Positions 1 to 13,172 of a stretch of 64,000 bases of DNA are shown here, piece by piece. The DNA is taken from NCBI GenBank assembly GCA_002633005.1, contig NMRA01000471.1:55187-119186 (forward strand), in the 5' to 3' direction. A program made the position numbers and the translations under genes. Source of the stretch: Phoronis australis (taxonomy: Eukaryota > Animalia > Phoronida). The notes under the pieces were generated by a model, which was not told the DNA's origin, made no database searches, and saw nothing but the letters and a program-made list of their open reading frames with translations. How positions within the stretch are numbered: the stretch's first letter is position 1; the number at the start of each line of letters is the position of its first letter.

Positions 1-1579
1 TTTATGCTTATTCCTTGTTGTTTGCGTTGTTTGTTGCTTTGAAAACAATTTTGTTTAATTATGTAGTCTCATGATGAGTTTACCTTATTTTCTCTTGCCA
101 CTTTGCTTGCTTTCTGGTTTTGGTAAAATCTCCAATTTAAGACATAATATGGCACACAAGTAATTTTCCCCTTAAACGCCGTTTAGAACCAAATTACTGC
201 TGTATCAGTTCCAAGCTCTATAACATAACTACCATCAGTGAAAGTTTTGTGAAACTGTTAGGTGCTTTCATTTTGGTCATTATTGTTGTCCGAAACTGAT
301 GAGATTTTACTGTATGTTGTGAATGGCGGTTTGTAATGTTCCTGCCTATAAAGGCTTTGTGTCTCCCCCTGGTGCTATGTTCAGGTTTAAGCGGTGTGTT
401 TATTTGACCTGCAGCACAACTATTAAGGTATTTGCATGACTTCTTGTTTTATCTGCGCATAGATTTTCACTTATAAGAAGATGGTGTTATGATTTGACAT
501 GTAAAGCAGAATTCTGTACATGTGCTTGGATTAAATTATTAGGATTTAGTGGCTGGAATAATTTGCTGTGTGTCAAATGTATGACTGTTGAGATCTCTGG
601 CCACACATTGTATACCCTTTGGGTGGATGACCTAGTTTAAATGTGCGAGTTAGACTCATGACATATCTACACTAGGCGTGGGTTGAACCTTGATTTTTCC
701 TGTTTAGCAACGTCACAATCCTGCAAGCCCATTGCTCCTGGCGGCCATTGTTATGAGTCATCATATAGCCAATAACGTATTTGGTAGTGAGTGAGCACAG
801 TCAGACACAGGTATTTACTCAATGTCCTGTTCTCACCTTCTCTCTCACTGGGAGGCCTGATGTTGAAACAGAGACTACCTGCCTGCCTTCCTCCAGCATT
901 TCCCAGCAGTTTGTTGGGATTGTCGGGCTACCTGATGTCTTGTGTTGTTGTTACCAGCTCCCTCTTGTGGTTGTTCCAGTGCCTCTGGTTGCCCCATTGC
1001 CAACAGACAGAGACAACGAGCACTACTGACAGAGGGCGTTGCCAACATTCCTACTTACTTGAATCGACCGCAGTCAGCTGATGGTGCAGTGTAAGTAGAC
1101 TTTGTCAACTTGACAATAAACCTGACTTACTGAACATAAGGCAGTCTCCCCTGTAATTTCCTTGCCCCCACCAGAAACATTTTTAAAACCACGCGGGTTT
1201 TCCCAACTGAGCAGGGGAAGTGTGACAACTGTGACATAATCACCATCTCACTGCATGAAGCATGGGGAAGCCATCATGAGTGATGTCTTGCAAACCTTAG
1301 ACATTGTGCAGTGACAGGTTGGTGTGTAACGTCTGAAAACATGGGACAGCAGTGAACCTTGTTATCTTGCAAAATGTCTATCACTCTAATGTCTGTAATG
1401 AACATTCATGGTCATTTCTGTGTCAAATTAATCTTAGGGTTTGGTGACCATCTCAAATTTGGCTAGTTGAGTTAGAAGACAATCGTGTCAATTTTTGATT
1501 TCTTTTTCAATTGCTGACGTGGATAACCAGTTCTCTAAAAATAGTTGAAAAAGTTGATTTTCATTCCAAGCCATTTGTA

Positions 1580-1748
1580 TAGTCGTCCTGTCCATGTCAC
1601 GACTCAGTAACACATAGTGTTGTGGTCCTGTCCAGGTCATGACTCATGTAGCACATAGTGTTGTCGTCCTGTCTATGTCACGACTCATGTAGCACATAGT
1701 GTTGTCATCCTGTCCAGGTCACGACTCCTGTAGCACATAGTGTTGTGT
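1580..1748. repeat. ~39-bp minisatellite, ~4 copies
   Basis: gtcctgtccaggtcacgactcatgtagcacatagtgttgtc repeated. Confidence 0.85.
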
Positions 1749-1978
1749 TCATAAAATAGAAATATAAATCATTGGAACCACTGTGAGTTTTAAGAAGTGT
1801 GAAGATGGCAGTGTGAAATCATGCTCTGACTTGACAGAGGTGCCATTGTATTGCTACCTTTGTTTTCTACCTCCCAGCTTAGAGAGCCTTCTAAGGATGA
1901 TGTGTTCTTGCCAATTCTAGTCACAGTCACTCTTTGCCTGCCCTTCTTTCATGTAATTCGTTTACCTGTATTTTCCAG

Positions 1979-2058
1979 TGCTGCACCAGACAGCAGTCAT
2001 CAAGACCCACCTGAGGCAGGTGAAGCGCCTGTGGTGAACAAGGTGTGCAGAACTCCAG
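1979..2058 (+). CDS. MYT1/ST18-family gene, penultimate exon (low-complexity linker)
   Basis: ttttccag acceptor, CCAG|gtaag donor; open frame AAPDSSHQDPPEAGEAPVVNKVCRTP; ends in phase 1, matching the phase-1 start of the final exon. Confidence 0.65.
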
Positions 2059-2247
2059 GTAAGACACTAGGGCCACCTACTGTAGAATTACATCGTACAA
2101 CTTATACTAAATATTTAAAGTGGTTGTTTCAAATTTGTCACTAGTATTGCTTGTCCAACAACCGGTGATGTATCTCAAGACAACAACATAAGAGTCATGA
2201 ATTTTTTAAATGAACTGCTTGAGTTAATGGTGGTCTATGATCATCTG

Positions 2248-2335
2248 TTCCTGTGGGAGGAGTCTTGATCTAATCTCTTCCTGTGGGCGGAGTCTTGATC
2301 TAATCTCTTCCTGTGGGAGGAGTCTTGATCTAATT
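2248..2335. repeat. 30-bp tandem repeat x3
   Basis: ttcctgtgggaggagtcttgatctaatctc. Confidence 0.85.
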
Positions 2336-2489
2336 CTACTTGGTAATGCTACCTAATCATGGGGAACAAATCCAAATTTCGAAAAGAGTCCTTCATTAAG
2401 CATTGTGTTGTCTTCTGGTAGTAGTTGGTGCCTGCATTACTCTCAGTTTGATGAGTCAACATATCTGGCATCTGCTCTGTGACACATTA

Positions 2490-2715
2490 TTGTGTATCAT
2501 CCAGTGTCTGCTCAGCGAGAGGCATCATTGTCTATCATGCAGTATCTGCTGAGAGACGCATCGCTGTGTATCATCCAGTATCTGCTCAGCGAGAGGCATC
2601 ATTGTCTATCATGCAGTATCTGCTGAGAGACGCATCGCTGTGTATCGTCCAGTATCTGCTCAGTGACGCATCGTGTATCATGCTGTATCTGCTCAGTGAC
2701 GCATCATTGTCTATC
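2490..2715. repeat. ~33-bp degenerate minisatellite
   Basis: cagtatctgctcagcgagaggcatcattgtctatcatg variants. Confidence 0.8.
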
Positions 2716-2733
2716 AGTTTTTTTTACCTCCAG

Positions 2734-3122
2734 TTTCAGAGGAAGAGGAGTTGAAGGTGCTCGACCTGAGTATACAGAACCTCAAAGATGTCAACTGTCG
2801 TATTGAAATGCAGACCAAATCACTCAAGAGTGAAATAACCAACTTGGAGCTGCAGGTGTCGCAGTGTCGCAACGAGAACTTTTTGATTGAGCAGCGGAAT
2901 CGTGAGTTGAAGTTGTACCAACGCTCCTTCCTGGACAGCCTCATGTCCAAACTGCAGTCTATTGGCTTGCCAGAGTTCATGGGACCTGTCATGGAGGAGA
3001 ATCTGGAGTTCTATTTACAGCGTCTCCGTGAAATACTGGCCAACAAGCAAAGACCGGAGAATCAGGCTGTCGTGTCGTGCCTACAGGTGGCGCTGTCACA
3101 AATGCAAATGATGCATGTTTAA
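2734..3122 (+). CDS. MYT1: Myelin transcription factor 1 (MYT1/MYT1L/ST18) family, terminal exon with the C-terminal coiled coil
   Basis: Polypyrimidine+cag acceptor at 2733; EEELKVLDLSIQNLKDVNCRIE...ENFLIEQRN...LQSIGLP..GPVMEENLEFYLQRLREI...PENQAVV resembles the MYT1-family C-terminus (DEEIKQLD..ESN..EENKVIEQQN..IQLPHMDPINEQNFDAYV..SPENKALL), recalled from memory; the rest of the gene lies upstream of the window. Confidence 0.8.
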
Positions 3123-5561
3123 GTACAACCAGACTGGTTTAGTATTTGGATTTGAATTAATTTAAATATGTTGATGGAGGTAGCCTTGCCAAATCTCGCC
3201 TCTTAAGGGGAGATAATGAAAGTAAGTAGACAGGTACAAGGTAGGATTATGCACATTCTACTGAGGTTTATTATCAAATGGGTTCTTGTCAGTTCAAATG
3301 GTTCTTGGGGCGGTTGATGTTTTTGTAATTACTAATCATTTATTTTTATATGGCGTAAAATCTTCACTTGTTTCCAAATCGAGTTACAGTTAAAGCAGAC
3401 ATAAACGTAGGAATAGATTTAGAGTTAGAGCTATGAATTACCATTGGAAGACGGGTACATTTTATGTGACCAAGACGTCTTATGGTATGGCAATTGTACA
3501 GTCTGGTGTGGACCAAAATAGATGTAGTAAATTGGATAAGTACTGTGGTACGTCAGAACGTAGTTGCCATGGAAACACAGATTGTTGTGTACGTAGTGTG
3601 ACATGTGTAATGCAAAATTAAATCTATCCTCATCCATTTATAGTCTTACTCGTGTCTCAGGTTATATGTACTCTGTGCAATATTGCTCTGTCAGATCTGT
3701 ATTACAATGTTCTTGTCAACTTTATGCTTGTGCAAATTTCTCAAGTCACTGACTTTTGTATTTGGCCCTGCTCCTGGTAGATTCTCATTAGCAAATTAAA
3801 CAACACAACATAAAAATTTGTCTTTTTTCATTGGTAGCTAACGTGTCTAAGAATTGCCCCAGTCAAACAGTGATGGTGAATAATGAATGTTTTTGTTCTC
3901 AATGTGCTGAATAGTTGGTGTTCAGTATAATTTATGATAATTTATGTGTTGTCTTCTTACATTTTGATCATGTTGTAATTTAAAATCAAAAGTTGATACT
4001 ATTTAGATATGTATACATCTATGACTCTGAAATTACTTTAACAAGTGACTGAATGGCATATTTAATGTCTGCAATTCGGGGTATTTCATCTGCGTCAAAA
4101 CTAACTCAATTACAATTGCTAATGTTGTATTTCAAATGTAATGTGGTGCACTTGCAATCATCCGGTGACATAATAGATAACTTGGGGTGATTTGTAAGCA
4201 ATATGACAGATGGCAGCACTTGTCGTTTTAGCTCTCCAGAAGTGAAAGCACACGTCCACTGCAGCATACTTTAATTTTGGTGTCAGTATGACTTGGAAGC
4301 AACCACCATACAAATATAATAGATTGAAAATGTTAACCAAAATACATGGAAGTTACGCAAAGATTTGCAGATTTATTATGTAAAAGATTCTCAAAGCCCA
4401 TGCCATTCAATCACGCCGAAGTAAATCTGACCAGTCAACACACTGATTATTAATCATATTACACTTGTACAAGTTATCTGCTCTGTCTGTTACGACCCAA
4501 CAACCATCCCACAATGCATTTGATGAACGACAGCAGCGCAGTAAATGAAATCCCCTGAGTTGGAGAGCTGTGAAGTTTGTATTTTCAAGAAACACTTAAT
4601 TCTCATCATGTTGGTCTGCATTAGGAGATGGTTTCGACTATCAACGTTTATTGGTCTATGACATTTCACAGCTGCTAAGAGAAAGTAATATAATTCTCCG
4701 ACATGTATGATTCATAACAACATACTTATGGTTTCATTTTGAAACCACTTAAATATACAACAAACCCTCCAGGGACTATTCTAAAGCATCAGTTATTAAC
4801 TGGCATACAACACTTTTGACTTGAGAAAATATAATGTTATAACTGACAATGTTATAATTGACAATGTTATATCTGACAAAACGTCGTAAACTAGTCTGCA
4901 CTGTTTTTATTATTGATCAGAAAGGTATTTTAACTAAGATTGGACTATGTTATGGTATGCTAAGTCATGTAAAGTGGTGTACAGCCAGTTTCTGCTCAAG
5001 TGCCAGAGAGAGACTGTCACTAGGTGGCATTAGATAATGAAGAGAGGCCCTTTCTTCATAATGGAGCGCCACCTACCAATGATAGGCAACAGTCAGGTGT
5101 TCACCAGCAGTCTGGTTGCACTTTTCATGTAGCGCAACCTAGTGAATTTTGAGGTCCTTGTTATCTCGTTTCTGTGGATTGTTGATTTTTCATACAGGTT
5201 GCGAATGGTTGAGTTTGGTGCTAATTATTCTGGGCTTCTCCACACCACTTCCTATTTGTTGTTAAAAGTCGCTTGTTTTGATGTTGTCTTCTTGTTACAC
5301 GCTACCAGTCCAATACAGTAACTGGTTAATCAATGTCTTGTGCAATCCATCAAGTTTTATGTTAAGGCATGATTAAATTTATCAAGGGATTCTGTTTCAC
5401 CTTTTTACATGTCTTGGGATTGTCACTCGTATTATTTTGCACGTTATGAAGTCATTTTGCCAAGAAAAATCAGTTTTCCAGAAGTCGAACTTATTTACAA
5501 TGCCATGAGATTGTTCTTCACTGTTGGTTGTAACCTAATCAAATTGTTTACTGAGACTGGG

Positions 5562-5788
5562 ATGTTATACAACCGAGTACTGAGTATGTTATAAACCGAG
5601 TACTGAGTATGTTGTACAACCGAGTACTGAGTATGTTATACAACCGAGTACTGAGTATGTTATACAACCGAGTACTGAGTATGTTATACAATCGAGTACT
5701 GAGTATGTTATACAACCGAGTACTGAGTATGTTATACAACCGAGTACTGAGTATGTTATACAACCGAGTACTGAGTATGTTATAAACC
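5562..5788. repeat. 24-bp minisatellite, ~9 copies
   Basis: atgttatacaaccgagtactgagt. Confidence 0.95.
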
Positions 5789-6804
5789 AGATGTGTTGTT
5801 ATACATGGACTTCACAGCTGTGAACACAATATGAAGCTGATGGTGGACCATTCATAAGAATCTCGTTACAAACATGTTACTGAAAATTGCTGGACCCTGA
5901 GTTCAGATGAATTTTTCAGTTTTTGACAGTTAATGCAACGCAAGTTAAATGTGTATTTTGAGGCAATTTTACAAACTCAGTGACAGAATGTTAAATTATA
6001 GGGGATTCTTCGCCATTGTTTAGCTGTCAAATATTCAAATTTTAACTCAATTGCTTGGAGGTTTGAAAACGTCACCACACTTCCCCTTCCGACTTGTTGC
6101 TGAATAAGCGGACAACTCTAGTCGTAGTCAATGTGTACATGCGCCATTTTTGAATTTGCAATTTTAGGGTTGGCCGATCTCAAATTCTGGGGTGTTTTCT
6201 GGAGTTTCTGATGGTTTTGATATTTTTTGGTAGGCCTAATGGAAAGGTAATTGATTCATGGTAAGGAATATCAGGAGACCATTTTAATGAGCTTAAGTGG
6301 CTTCATTTGTTTTTTGTCGGCTAAATACTGAGGAAGTGCGGTGTTTATGCTGTTAATATTGTTGTGAGCTATTTATTATAATTGTATTTTTGACGTGAAT
6401 ATGAATAAATGTTTGCATAGTTCACTGTATACATTTATTGAGTCCAGTATACATGCACAATCAAGACCAGAATTAATGACTGCTATGGCAGTAGTTAAAT
6501 TTCTATAATATATTGTCTTATCTAAATATTATCCAGATATATTTCTACAATATATTGTCTTATCTAAATATTATCCGGATATATTTCAAGTACGTGCCCA
6601 GCTCTCACTGCTTTTCAATCCTGTTTTCCTGCACTCTTCAGTCAACTAAATGACTCAACAACTGAAAAGTTGACTAACAACTGGCACAAGTAGACTAACC
6701 ACTGACACAGACTAACCACTGACATTTGTTGAGTAACGCTACTTTTATTCTTTTAAAGCCTGCAGCGCCATCTTTGTAAACCATTGCCTATGAAGTCGTT
6801 TTGG

Positions 6805-8003
6805 TTTTTTATGCGCCCACATATTTATATGTGGACGCATTATGCCGTCATCTCTTTCCTTTGTCTGTCCGGGCGGCGTCATTCCGCCGTCCGCTGCTCT
6901 ATCTCCAAAACCGGTTGACGCATGTTCATGAAATTTTGCAAGTGTTCCTTTCATGGCTGGGACGGCATGAGCGAAGTTTCAGACGGATCCAGCTACCAGT
7001 GTGCCCCCTAGTGGCAATTTTTATTAGAGGGGTGGACGCTAAAAATCAGACTCGAAAACAGTAAAAATGTTCACTAGGTGGCGCAAACTACATTGAATCC
7101 ATCCGAAAACAGGAGAATTCCGTCGTCTCACTAACAGATGCCTATAACCCAAATTTTGTGAAAATATGTCGAGGACCTTTGAAGATACAGAGGTAAACGT
7201 AAAAACCGCTCCTAGCATGATTGTGAAAATTGGCATGTATGTTCTTACTATGAAAAGGACAGTTGACGCTGATTTTCCGCCGACTTTGGCTACTGTGGCG
7301 CCTCCTAATGACAGTTTTGTTTATTTTCGCCTATGGCTATATCTCCTACACCGTTTGCAAGATCTTCATGAAATTTAGAAAGTGCATTTACGTGATGATA
7401 ACAACGAATGACGACTTTCGGACAGATCTGACTACTGGTGTGCCACTCAGTGGCAATTTTATTTTTTACATTTACCTCTGTATCTTCAAGAGTCTTCAAC
7501 GTATTTAGATAAAATTTGGTGTACAGGCTTCTGTTAGTGAGGTGACGGTATCTTTCCATTTTCTGATGGATTAGACCTAGTTTGTGCCATGATGACATCA
7601 ACTACTGTGGCACCCCCTGGTGGTAGTTTTGTTTTGTGCCCATAGCTGTATCTCCTAAACCCACTGCAGGATCTTTATTAAATTTAATTAGTACGTGTAT
7701 TTATATGAAGCAAACAACACACTATGACGACTTTCAGGTGGATCCAATGAACAGTGTGTCCCTTCGTGGCAATTTCATTTTATTCTCTTTTCCTTTGTTT
7801 CTCTGAGGTTCCATGACGGATTTCGATGGAATTTGGTGTATAGCTTTCTATTAAAGAAGCAATTACATGTTCCCATTTTCGGATGGATTGTAGGTTTGTT
7901 TTTGCGCCATTTAGTGGCCATTTTTATGACACAAATAAACAACCCTAAAAGCACACCATTTGCGATGCATTCATGGGCGCATTTCAACGCTCCGCGTTGC
8001 TCT
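6805..8003 (+). mobile_element. Non-autonomous Helentron-type element (HINE / DINE-1-like), apparently full length
   Basis: Starts in a T-run with ATGCGCCCA; tgtc/gtcc microsatellite-like tract; internal tandem units; 3' subTIR TGGGCGCAT (7974) followed by hairpin CAACGC-tcc-GCGTTG; homologous copy at 47215. Confidence 0.7.
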
Positions 8004-9921
8004 AACAATAGGATGAGTTAGTATTCCAAATGACGTGATCAAACCATCAACCGAATGGAGTAGACAGATTGCTCCAATGGCAAGATTCACTGTGGCTACC
8101 TTGATTTAATACTTGACAGAAGCTTGCGATTTCAGCTTGACCTAACTAGCCCTGGGTGAGACTTTAAAACAACAGGGGAGACGAACCTTTTACTTAAGGT
8201 TATGGGTAACATTGGCACGTCTGCATTGAGTCAAACAATTACAAAACTACATTACTGAACTCGGCTAAATTTTCTGTAAGTAGAAGCTGTGTAGAAGTTT
8301 GACTCCATACCAATCTGTTCTTGTGCCACGTGACCACGTCTTTTTAGATAAAGTTGTTACAAACCTGCCTTCCATCGCAAAAACAACTTTTGATTTCCAT
8401 CACTTCCATTATAAAATTGGTGTCAAATTGAAGGCCATTTCAGGATTTTGAACTAACTAATGGTTCAGTATTGCAAGAGACTACAGCTCTACAGCGTGTC
8501 ATTTTGTTGGCCTAACACAGTCTCAAGGAATAACGTTCGTTCTTTGTAAACTCAGAAAGCATACGTGACCTACATGAAAACTTCTTGGATGGACTTTTTT
8601 AAAAGTGGTTATAAAAAGACAGTTACATTTTGATAACATAACCAAAATAATCAAGATGAACTTTCAAAAACACTGTTACAGCTTTCTAAATTATTATTAC
8701 GTTTCTCATAACTTCCCATTTTGACAGCACTTCATGCAATCTACCATGGTACAATGTTCCAGACTCAGCTAAACTAGACTTTATCTAAGTTTGCAATTAA
8801 AACAGAACCAACAGCTGCTATTAAAGCAGTTATTAAAATCAGTAATTAAATGTACTTCTCATGAATGTTCCTCTATGTTTGCAAGACTAGGAGGCGTCGC
8901 ATTTTATATTACATTGATCATAACCGTGCTTTTTGCATTACTTAAATAGCAATTACTTTGCAAATGGACAGTAGACCATTCCCTTGCTTACTTTAATACC
9001 TTCAGACAGACGTGTTTTCTACAAGCTGAAAATCTCCAAATTCACAAGCCTAGATGGTGGCTCTCTTCTTCAAGCTTGACCTTAAACTGTGTTATAAAGC
9101 CATTTTTGGTCAAAGAAACTAATATTTGATTGAGACCATGTACCTTTACAAAACTGGTCACAACTTGCTTTCTTTCTCAGGTAAAGATGGAGATGAACTA
9201 GTTATTTAAATATTGCTCATAACCAGTTCATCAAGTTGTCACACAGGCTCACTCTCTTGTCCAAACACTGTACCAAGATAAAAAGTACCGTCAGATTTTA
9301 CAAGCCCGCAAGTTACATCTCGTGTGAGTACGAAACAAGTTGAATTAATTCAGTCTTAAAACTGTAACATGTCTAAACCAAGCAGGGTTTCTTTGACAGA
9401 GGGAGAGTACGTTTAATAACAACTCTAGGTTGGAAATTCCCGACTCGTACATCAAAATCTAAAACCAAAACTAAAGCAAAATAAAAACTGCTGTTTAACT
9501 AAACTCAAACCAAAAGGAATAACAGAAACTAAAAAGTAACAAAACAAACTAATTTAACTGTGACTAAGTGAAATTTTTATCAAATGTTTCATGGAAGTTG
9601 CCTAGCACGAGTCATTTTAATGATAGAGGAATTTTGTTTAATGCCTTGCTGAGAAATTAACGGACAATTATAAAAGTCCACTCCTTAAGTTTGTTTTTGC
9701 TGAGGATAATTAATTGACATAACACAAATTCTCTTTTGTGATATTGCCGGCTACTAAACCGATATACATTCGCTCAGGGTTCCCTTTGCTCATCGGTCTA
9801 CTCATACACATATACGCCTCAAAAAGAAAAACAAAAAAAAAAAACATAAAGCATAACATGAACGTAATCAGCACAAATATGTTCCATCATAAAACACGCA
9901 CAAGCAATAGTTCAAGCATTC

Positions 9922-10871
9922 TTACTCTCTATAATACATCAAGTAGGCTTTAAGTGCAGACGGTACAGGCAGTAGTTCAACCTTGGCAGCCATGTATTTA
10001 GTGAATGGCTGCAGGTTGTCCAGATCTAGCATAGCCTCACTTTCATTCTCATCTTTCTCATCGTCAGACTCTACACCTGCACTATTCATCCCACTCATTT
10101 TCTTTCTCAACATACGTTCCGCAATTCGTCTCTGGTGTCTCCGTCGCGCCATTTTGTTCTTCATTTCCATCATAATCTCGTACAGACTGTGCTGGTCGTA
10201 ATCACTGCCCGCATCCTCAGTGTCACTCTCATCACTGTCCAAGTGGCACTCTTCGTGAACTGGTGAAAACCGATCACGATTTGCTCTTTCTTCGTAGCAA
10301 TCTTCCACTAGACTTTCATGGTCCAGCCTTGTACGGCCACTGGAACTGGCTTCCATGTCTAGTTCCTCAAAAGGATCGTTACCTACACTGGACGACACAG
10401 AAATACCGCTGTCATTCTTGTCCACAAGATGGCTGTCTTGCCTCTTCCTTTCAATTGGCTGACCAAAACTGCTTTCTGCTTCCTCAGCAAACACATTCTG
10501 TTCTTCTGCATCACTCTCTGATGTTCCTTTACCATCTGTCACATGACTTGTCACATGACTCATACCATCCTCATCAGTTCCTCCTATTCCATCAGCCTCC
10601 ATGTCTTCGTCTGGCTCCTCTTCATTGTTACCTGACCTGTCCTCTAGGGGGCGCTCTACATCGCTGTCGGAATCATAACGATGCGTCAACATCATTCCCA
10701 TATTCATCGGAATTATGTTAAAACGAGGTTTTTTGTGACTTTTCTTAGCTCGCTTTGTTTTCTGCATCTTTTTGCGGCCAAATTCAGGATGTTCTTTGTT
10801 GACAAGATTTCGAAGAATTCTTCGAATCCTTATTCGGCACACATGCTGCAGGGAAGGCGTTATGGTCTCGG
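9922..10871 (-). CDS. PCMTD1: PCMTD1/2-like, terminal exon: BC-box, long acidic linker, Cullin-5 box
   Basis: tttcag acceptor; PSLQHVCRIRIRRILR (BC-box) ... YMAAKVELLPVPSALKAYLMYYRE-stop (Cul5 box, LPxPxxLKxYL). Confidence 0.92.
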
Positions 10872-11651
10872 CTGAAATTCAACAATAATTGCGCGTAATT
10901 GCAAAAAAAATCCAACATTTAAATTCATATAAAGCTGGAAGCTATAACACAGTTCAAATTAATTAACATAGATGAGATATATTTTAATCATTAGAAACTT
11001 GGCTAGTTTCATGGCACCTTGAATTATAGTTAATGAATTAGTACAAGAACTGCTGGCATCATAAACTTTCCTTATCTTGAACACTCATCAAAGTTCCGTT
11101 TATGTGGAGTACCTAACCCAACTGACGCATTAGCCATGACCATACAGCAAACAAAAGACTGGCTGAAAACAATGCGTGTCATTCAATGAAACTAGAGAGT
11201 TTTTAAGGGTTTGGCTCCTAAAATTGAATTCCTCATGAAAAGTCAGGGTGGAATGAGTTTCTATAAAAAATTATAAAAATTTGCCAAAGANNNNNNNNNN
11301 NNNNNNNNNNNNNNNNNNNNNNNNNNNNNNNNNNNNNNNNNNNNNNNNNNNNNNNNNNNNNNNNNNNNNNNNNNNNNNNNNNNNNNNNNNNNNNNNNNNN
11401 NNNNNNNNNNNNNNNNNNNNNNNNNNNNNNNNNNNNNNNNNNNNNNNNNNNNNNNNNNNNNNNNNNNNNNNNNNNNNNNNNNNNNNNNNNNNNNNNNNNN
11501 NNNNNNNNNNNNNNNNNNNNNNNNNNNNNNNNNNNNNNNNNNNNNNNNNNNNNNNNNNNNNNNNNNNNNNNNNNNNNNNNNNNNNNNNNNNNNNNNNNNN
11601 NNNNNNNNNNNNNNNNNNNNNNNNNNNNNNNNNNNNNNNNNNNNNNNNNNN

Positions 11652-12091
11652 TGTAACAACACACAACACAGCCACTGTATATTGTAACAACACACAACAC
11701 AGCCACTGTATATTGTAACAACACACAACACAGCCACTGTATATTGTAACAACACACAACACAGCCACTGTATATTGTAACAACACACAACACAGCCACT
11801 GTATATTGTAACAACACACAACACAGCCACTGTATATTGTAACAACACACAACACAGCCACTGTATACTGTAACAACACACAACACAGCCACTGTATACT
11901 GTAACAACACACAACACAGCCACTGCATATTGTAACAACACACAACACAGCCACTCTATATTGTAACAACACACAACACAGCCACTCTATATTGTAACAA
12001 CACACAACAAAGCCACGGTATATTGTAACAACACACAACACAGCCACTGTATATTGTAACAACACACAACACAGCCACTGTATACTGTAAC
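11652..12091. repeat. 31-bp minisatellite adjoining an N-gap
   Basis: tgtaacaacacacaacacagccactgtatat, ~14 visible copies. Confidence 0.95.
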
Positions 12092-12816
12092 ATTACCACA
12101 CAATACTAAAGATTAGTATCTCACAGCTTATAAGTATCTCATGAGTAACTAACCACTGCCAAAATGATGTCCAGACACATTTACCAGGACTGTATTATGC
12201 AAGAACTTGTCTGCATGGTTTAAATTTAACTCAGCATAAAAATTAATGTGTGGCAATACAACAGTGACCTCCCAACTACACTAGTAAGCATCAAACAAGA
12301 TGGAATCCTTAACAAGCTCATTTAAATATCATCTTATTTTATCAAAGTGCTCAAACCATTGTGAGATATCAAAAAAGCGACATCTGCTTGACCCAATTTC
12401 AAAATTTCGGAGAAAAGCAGAGTTAATTTCTTAACAAAGATGAACCAATTTATGTGGATCAACACCGACAGTGTCTTGATGTTATGGTAACAGCAAAAAA
12501 TATAAAAAAGCTGTGAAATTTCACTGCATGTAAAATATCTGGCCAAAACACGTGAACTACACAGATGGTGTTGCATGCTTGCACACAAACTACCTTATCG
12601 GCACCATCTCGCCAACTAGCAACACAGCAGTTTCAGCATGCCACACTGCTAAGTCAGAAAATGGCTATTGGTCTTCTAAAAGTCTCACTTTTGGTGTATG
12701 CGTTAATAAGGCTATCACCAGTGTGGTGATCGACGGATCTTGCATATCTTGGCTATACACATTAACATGTGACTGAAGCTGAATTGACTTCAATACATTA
12801 AGTATGTCATACTTAC

Positions 12817-12934
12817 GCAGGTCCACCATACAATCCATTTGCTGTGTGATAGGGCTGACCAGAGTGGCAAACTGAACAGGCAACATGTTACGCATCTCCC
12901 ACGTGGTCTGCGATTCTCTCGTCATCTTCACAAG
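12817..12934 (-). CDS. PCMTD1: PCMTD1/2-like, coding exon 3
   Basis: LVKMTRESQTTWEMRNMLPVQFATLVSP corresponds to PCMTD LTQIMRTGQNTWESKNILAVSFAPLV; cag acceptor, gtaagt donor; phase 0 to 1. Confidence 0.9.
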
Positions 12935-13044
12935 CTGTAGGACGCAAAAAGTAGGTCATCAAAATGAAGCACAAACTATAGCTGGCCAAACAGCTTGCAA
13001 AGGCTTTTGTATTAAGGGTAATATTGCGAAACTTGAAAACCCAT

Positions 13045-13172
13045 TCAGTGGACACAGTCCCACTCAGCAGACACAGTCCCACTCAGTGGACACAGTCCCA
13101 CTCAATGGACGCAGTCCCACTCAGTGGACACAGCCCTGAGTCAGTGGACACAGCCACACTCAGAGAGACACA
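13045..13172. repeat. ~19-bp minisatellite
   Basis: cagtggacacagtcccact. Confidence 0.85.

Noticed and set aside
708-1090. Possible further MYT1 exon(s) after tttag at 707
   Set aside because: No recognisable motif, stops in the likely frames, and no confident phase-matched donor
11233-12065. Long Cys/Val-rich ORFs
   Set aside because: Translations of a 31-bp minisatellite plus an N-gap, open in all frames
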